Positions 58,069 to 64,000 of a stretch of 64,000 bases of DNA are shown here, piece by piece. Origin of the DNA: Eledone cirrhosa (Eukaryota); the NCBI GenBank assembly GCA_964016885.1, contig OZ024746.1, forward strand, positions 75,330,001 through 75,394,000, given 5' to 3'. Each line of letters starts with the position of its first letter. Positions within the stretch are counted from its first letter, which is position 1. Below the pieces are notes generated by a model. The model saw only the letters and a list, made by a program, of their open reading frames with translations, did no database searches and was not told where the DNA came from. Made by a program: the position numbers and the translations under genes.

Positions 58069-58139
<71 letters not shown>

Positions 58140-58267
58140 ACAGATAGATAGATAGATGGATAAAAAAGATCGATTGATATTTTGATTGATGGATTGATTT
58201 TCTGAAGATCGGAAACTTGAAACCTGAAGTAACAGTTAATGAAAGTTTCTGGTTCGAAAAAACATTT

Positions 58268-58345
<78 letters not shown>

Positions 58346-59368
58346 ATGTCAACGTGTGTTGGCGCGAGCGCACAGTCAAAACAAACATGGCACCTACTGA
58401 TTGAAAACAGGAGCACTTCGATACATTTATCACCACCATATCACCAACACTACACCCTATCCACTGCCACCATCAACATCAACACCACCAACAACAACAA
58501 CAACAACAATACCCATGACACCCGCAATATCACATCACCATCCTCACCACAACACCACCACCGACAGCAACACCAACATCACCACCAAAATCACCACCAC
58601 TACAGTCCACCACCCAATCCACTCCACTTCGACTATCCCCCACCGCAGACATATGTCACGTGAGTCCTCAGATACCACAGGTGGCCAGTGACCTTCTCAC
58701 CTGATGGATGTCGCTTTCTTTGACATGTATGGCCGACATTTTGCAAAGGTGTGTTGTATTGGTACGGCAGTGGTGTGTTGGTATAGTGAAGGTGATGGTG
58801 GTACGTTGTGTTGGTGCTGGTGGTGGTGGTGGTGTGTGTATGGGGGGGGAAGATGTAGTGTGGGGTGGTAGTGATCGTGGCATGGTGTGTGGTGTGATAT
58901 GGTGTGTTGGTGGTGGTGTTGTGTGGTCGTGTGGTGTGGGGGTGTAATAGTGGGGTGGGGTTGCTTGATGTGATATGCAATAGTGGGTTGGTGAGGTATG
59001 GCTGTGTTGTATTGGTTTGCTTATCTATCTATCTATCTATATATATAATTGTGCTGGATGCTTAAAGCGTCCGTATGCGGTAGGCCGTTTGAGCACTCGA
59101 TGCTCTCGTAGAATCAAGACGTATCTAAGGACCTTGCGATTTTCAGAGTCAGGTTCGATCATCACATCGATCGTGCCTCGAGCTGGTTGCCAGAGAAACA
59201 ATTGTAATATGTCCAATAAATTCCATTCGTCGCAACACTGATTCTCTTTTTTTGGGGTGATATCTCTCTATATATATATATATCCCGGGTTCAACCGGGG
59301 GAAAACACAGTAAGTAAGGTGCCCAATACGTCAATACATAGCAGAGTATAAATATTTAATATAGAAAT

Positions 59369-59420
59369 GGTTTCTACAGGACTAGAACTGTTTCATTCGG
59401 GAGAAATCATCAGGAAAGCC
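59369..59420 (-). ncRNA. Type I hammerhead (family B; element 59283-59460)
   Basis: tttc-CTGATGA-tttctcccgaat-GAAA-cag-ttctagtc-ctg-TA-gaaa. Confidence 0.65.
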
Positions 59421-59454
59421 GATGATTTCTCCCGAATGAAACAGTTCTATATTA

Positions 59455-59515
<61 letters not shown>

Positions 59516-59516
<1 letters not shown>

Positions 59517-60410
59517 GAGGTGTGTCATAAAAGTTCCAGGACTGATGTCACAAAAGATTTATTTCAAACTCAAACTTTACACTAAGAGTTTTCTCCTTCA
59601 AAGTAATCCCCCTGGAGTCTAATGCACTTTTCCATCCTTTTCTGCCACGCTTGCATGCACTCCTAGAAGGATTCTTCCGGGATCCTCCGCAGTTCTGTCA
59701 TCACGGCTTGTTTGATGTCGTCCACGTCTTCAAAACGGGTCCCCTCCGAGTCGTACTCGAAGAACCACGACTCATCACCGGTGATGACTGTCCCTAGCAA
59801 GTCTGGTTAGGTTTCAAGACGCTCGAGGATGTCCTGGCACACTTGCATGCGTCGACCCTTCTGGTCATCGTTCAGCAGTTTTGGCACCATCTTCGCGCAG
59901 ACTTTCTGCATGTCCAAATCTTCAGTGAGAATCTTCCAGACGCTGTCCCGATTCATGCCCAGCTCATTTGCCATCAGTCGAACAGTCGGCCGACGATCGC
60001 TACGCACCATCTGCCTGACGCGCTCAACGTTGACCTCAGTCCTGGGTGTTGAGGGCCTTCCGCTCCTGGGGTCATCTTCCACGTTCTCGCGTCCTTCTTT
60101 AAACCTCTTGCCCACTCAAAATCACGTGAGCGTGACATCGTCTCATCTCCATACACTTGCTGCAGCAATCCCAGTGCTTCTGACGGAGTTTTCAAGTTTG
60201 TTCGTTGCTCTGTGCTCATTGCTTGACGACCTGAAACAGAGGACATGTATATAAAATTATGAAGAAAAAGGTTTGATCGCTGCAGAGAGCTAAGATTGCA
60301 GTTACATACTCCAGGGGGATTACTTTGAAGGAGAAAACTCTTAGTGTGAAGTTTGGGTTTGAAATAAATCTTTTGTGACATCAGTCCTGGAACTTTTCTG
60401 ACATGCCTCG
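59516..60410 (-). mobile_element. Internally deleted mariner transposon (895 bp) with ~103-bp TIRs and TA TSD
   Basis: RFKEGRENVEDDPRSGRP, KVCAKMVPKLL, VITGDESWFFEYD fused directly to RFEDVDDIK..KCIRLQGDYFEG; TIRs 59516-59618/60308-60410. Confidence 0.92.
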
Positions 60411-60499
60411 TATATATATACACACATACATACATATATATTCACATACATACATACATATATATACATTTATATACGTATATATATATAGGTAAGTAA

Positions 60500-60601
60500 T
60501 TATTTCTACTTTTGGCACAAGGCCAGAAATTCCCCAGTGCATTACTGGTACTTTATTTTATCGACCCCGTAAGGATGAAAGGCAAAGTAAACCTCGGCGG
60601 G
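60500..60601 (-). mobile_element. SINE family 1, truncated
   Basis: Core sequence. Confidence 0.7.
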
Positions 60602-61569
60602 TAATGGAACAAGATGAGTATTGATGTATGTCAATACTCATCTTTTTCCATTTCTTTGAGGGTTCTGAACCCTACTATCAGGCTCAAATTTCTTTAATAT
60701 TTAATTTTTATATATCTAAAGCCCTTCTAAATCAGTATGCTAGATCGCCTCTGGGGGTTGCATGGATGAACATTACACTCTGGTAGTTGTTGCTGTTGTA
60801 CCATGAGTTGACTATATTTATCTTCTTAATTCTCTGTCCTATTCTAAAATTTGCTCCCATGGGGCAAGTCCCATTTGCATCATTTTCTGTTATTCAACAA
60901 CTTAGCCCGAGCTCTTTTGTACACCCTGATTCTCTGTCTTTTGATTGTAACCAGGGTTTGACTTAATGGGAATGGCGGATTTGTCTATTATTAACTTCTA
61001 ACTAAAGTTCTGTGTCTAGCACATGTAGTCTATGGTTGGGGGGTGTTTGGTTGGGTAATCTACGGTAAGTTTAATATTCTGGTGTTTTTAATGAGTGTGT
61101 AGGAAGGAAAAGAAGGGAGTTGTGAAAATAGAAAGGCGAAGAAAAAGGAAAGATAAAAGGAAAGCGTGGACATGATGTGTGCGATGATGATGATGATGAT
61201 GATGATGATTATGAAGTTGATGATAGGAATCAGTAAAAGGGGTGAAGTGTTGGATGATGATGATGATGATGGTGATGATGATTACTTCCATCATTATTCC
61301 CGTATTTCCATCATTGTCGTTATCATATCCTTATTATCTTAATTCCGAATTCCTTATTTTCTTACTTCTCACCTTTTCCAAACCTTTATAGCTCTGTACT
61401 CCATAAATATTACACCCCTCCCTCCACCCCAATACAAAGGTCATTACCATTCTACTGTTTCTTCATTAATTCCCAGTTAAAGGAAGCAGACGATCTTATT
61501 TATGTCGTTAATTTCTCTGATTTATCTAAAGATAGTATGAAGTATACATTCATTTATTTACCACATCGC

Positions 61570-62760
61570 TGTATGGTGTTCGTTGACTTAGCCAAGACCT
61601 TCGACCCTGTAAGCCGAGACGATCTCAGGAAGGTAATCACTGTACTAGGTACTCACTGTACTATTCCTGACAAAATGTTTAACCTGATCATCCTTCACCG
61701 GGGGGGATGAAAGCTGCTGTTTTGCGGGATAGGGTTCTTTTTGTCATCACAAACAGCACAAAACAAAGCTGAATCAAGGCTACGGTTCTTTTTGCACTTT
61801 TCTTTTCTGTAAATCTGAAGCTTGCCTATTGTAATATGAACACAAGAGTGAGGATGCACTTCCGTACAAGCAATAGACTTTTCAACCAAGAGAGGTTCCA
61901 AGATAATTTGCTACTAAGATATAGCATCATTTGAGATCATTTGCGGAAGAGGCAGCACTCATTGCAACATGATTCGAAAAGGTTCAGGCACTCGTAAATC
62001 GTTCCTCAATCGCTAGCAAACCATAAAAAAGACTGGCGTTGTCTGGAAACCACCCCAAACCGAAGCAGATAAGACGTGTCAAACATTGAACTATCAGTTC
62101 ACCAGTTTCCATCTACCGCTATTAAGATAGAAGGGCGAATCTCAAATATGTCAAGTCAGTTACATACTTGGTCAGCAGGGTGAATTCAAACGCATCCCTT
62201 GATGACGTTATTGTCCATCGAATCAGCAAAGCCTCAAGTGCATTTGGTAAACTCCATCATCATCTCTCGTATGAGAGAGGCATAACGTCGGAAACCAAAA
62301 TTACAGGCTATTATGCATTTGTTCCTACCACTCTTTTTTATGGATCTGAGTCCTGGATTCCGTATGGCACACACATAAATCAACTGTATGTGTTACACGA
62401 GGGTTACCTTCGTACAATTTGTGATTACACACTTGAAGATAAGATCTCAAATGCTCATCTTTTCACAAAGCGCAAAACTGGAGGCATCGTGACTTTCTTA
62501 GTGCAATCCCAACTCCCATGGGGTGATCATGTCATCAGAATGAGCGACGATCAAATACCTAATGTCCTCATGTACAGTCAGCTTTACAGTTGTAAAAGAA
62601 ATGTAGGAAGGCCATGGCTGGGGTATATGGACAAGCCGAAGAGTAATCTTGAAACCTTGGCATACCTTATAAAATATTTAAGCAGCTGGCCTCGCACCGA
62701 AAGAAGTGGAGAACGAGTTTTTATAGTTCCATTATGTAGACCTCTCCAACAGCTGAGGGA
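61570..62760 (+). mobile_element. Decayed RTE/BovB-like LINE RT and C-terminal region
   Basis: VFVDLAKTFDPVSRDDL; YLVS..SLDDVIVHRISKASSAFGKL; LFYGSESW; WGDHVIRMSDDQIP; KRNVGRPWL; many frameshifts upstream. Confidence 0.85.
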
Positions 62761-62768
62761 GGTATATA

Positions 62769-62839
<71 letters not shown>

Positions 62840-62912
62840 TCAATTATATGTACATATATGTGTGTGTATACATATGCATATATATATATATACATATGTG
62901 TGTATGTGTATG

Positions 62913-62963
<51 letters not shown>

Positions 62964-63411
62964 ATCTACTACATTACATTTGAATGCTTAGTTATTTGAA
63001 GTTTCACAGACTATACAGCTGAACGAATGGATAATTTACAACGCTACGCTTCGTATTATCATAATCCCGTAATATCACGTACCACCTTTTCATGGGATTC
63101 TGAAAAGGAATGTTAATGGCTCAATTTTATCATTTCTATTTCCTTAAAAACACTATTTAAAGGAAGCAGACCATCTTACGTATGTCACTAATTTCTCTGG
63201 TTTATCTAATGACATTGTATGAAATATTCTTTCGTTTATTTTCCACATCTGTATGAGCAGAGAAAGGCTATAAATCTGTAATGTTTTCATTTTCTAATTC
63301 TTTGTTATGTTACCGATAAAAACGCTTTGCAATATTTTGCTGCACAGATATTAATTATACAATTGAAGGGCTTTCGTTAAATCTAGATTTTTCTCTGAAT
63401 ACGTATAAGTA

Positions 63412-63454
<43 letters not shown>

Positions 63455-63533
63455 ATTATGATCCTGTTAAGGGTGAAAGCACCGATTCTTTGCTTAAACT
63501 TTAATCTGTTATTTTAATAAATATTTGCTTTTA

Positions 63534-63640
<107 letters not shown>

Positions 63641-64000
63641 TAGAATCATTATTATGATTTTAATAACCTCTTTCGTTCAACAAATTTATTTACATTATTC
63701 TTAACTCTGAAGCTGGGAATCATTCGGTTTCCTAAATAGAATATCTAAACTATAATAAAGTAAGAAGCGCGGGACTGCGGACGGTTTATAATTTTTTGTC
63801 CCCTTAGTAAAATAAGATGGATTACTTTGAATAAATAATGAATGAATATTACATAATTTATCTACTAAATTTCGTGGCTGTTCATTAAATATATTTATTA
63901 CTTATTTAAAGATTCACTTCTTTAAAATTTTCAAATGTTAACACTTCCGGTTAGCGATCGTTTAAATAAATATTCATATATTTCTGTCACTAATTTTTCT

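Noticed and set aside
60600-61080. Minus-strand retroelement-like coding remnant (VMFIHATPRGDLA)
   Set aside because: Many stops; family cannot be assigned without a database search

Overview
AT-rich, repeat-saturated metazoan DNA. The SINE/LINE families and extreme (TA)n/(CA)n/(TACA)n microsatellite load look like an octopus/coleoid cephalopod genome (inference). No intact host protein-coding gene can be supported; nearly all ORF-track entries are microsatellite read-through. The window holds decayed non-LTR retrotransposons (R4/Dong-like with RLE endonuclease, RTE/BovB-like, CRE-like, two kinds of Penelope-like RT), an internally deleted mariner, MITEs, two tRNA-SINE families, a recurrent non-autonomous RTE-derived element, and several minisatellites, including a 37 x 79 bp array amplified from a SINE 3' end. 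The most notable signal is a dense set of at least six short, unrelated element families inserted in (TA)n tracts. They carry type I hammerhead ribozyme motifs (complete, degenerate or half) and often sit as fold-back palindromes, consistent with Penelope-like pseudo-LTR or retrozyme-like derivatives. All folds and alignments were done by eye; coordinates of decayed repeats are approximate.
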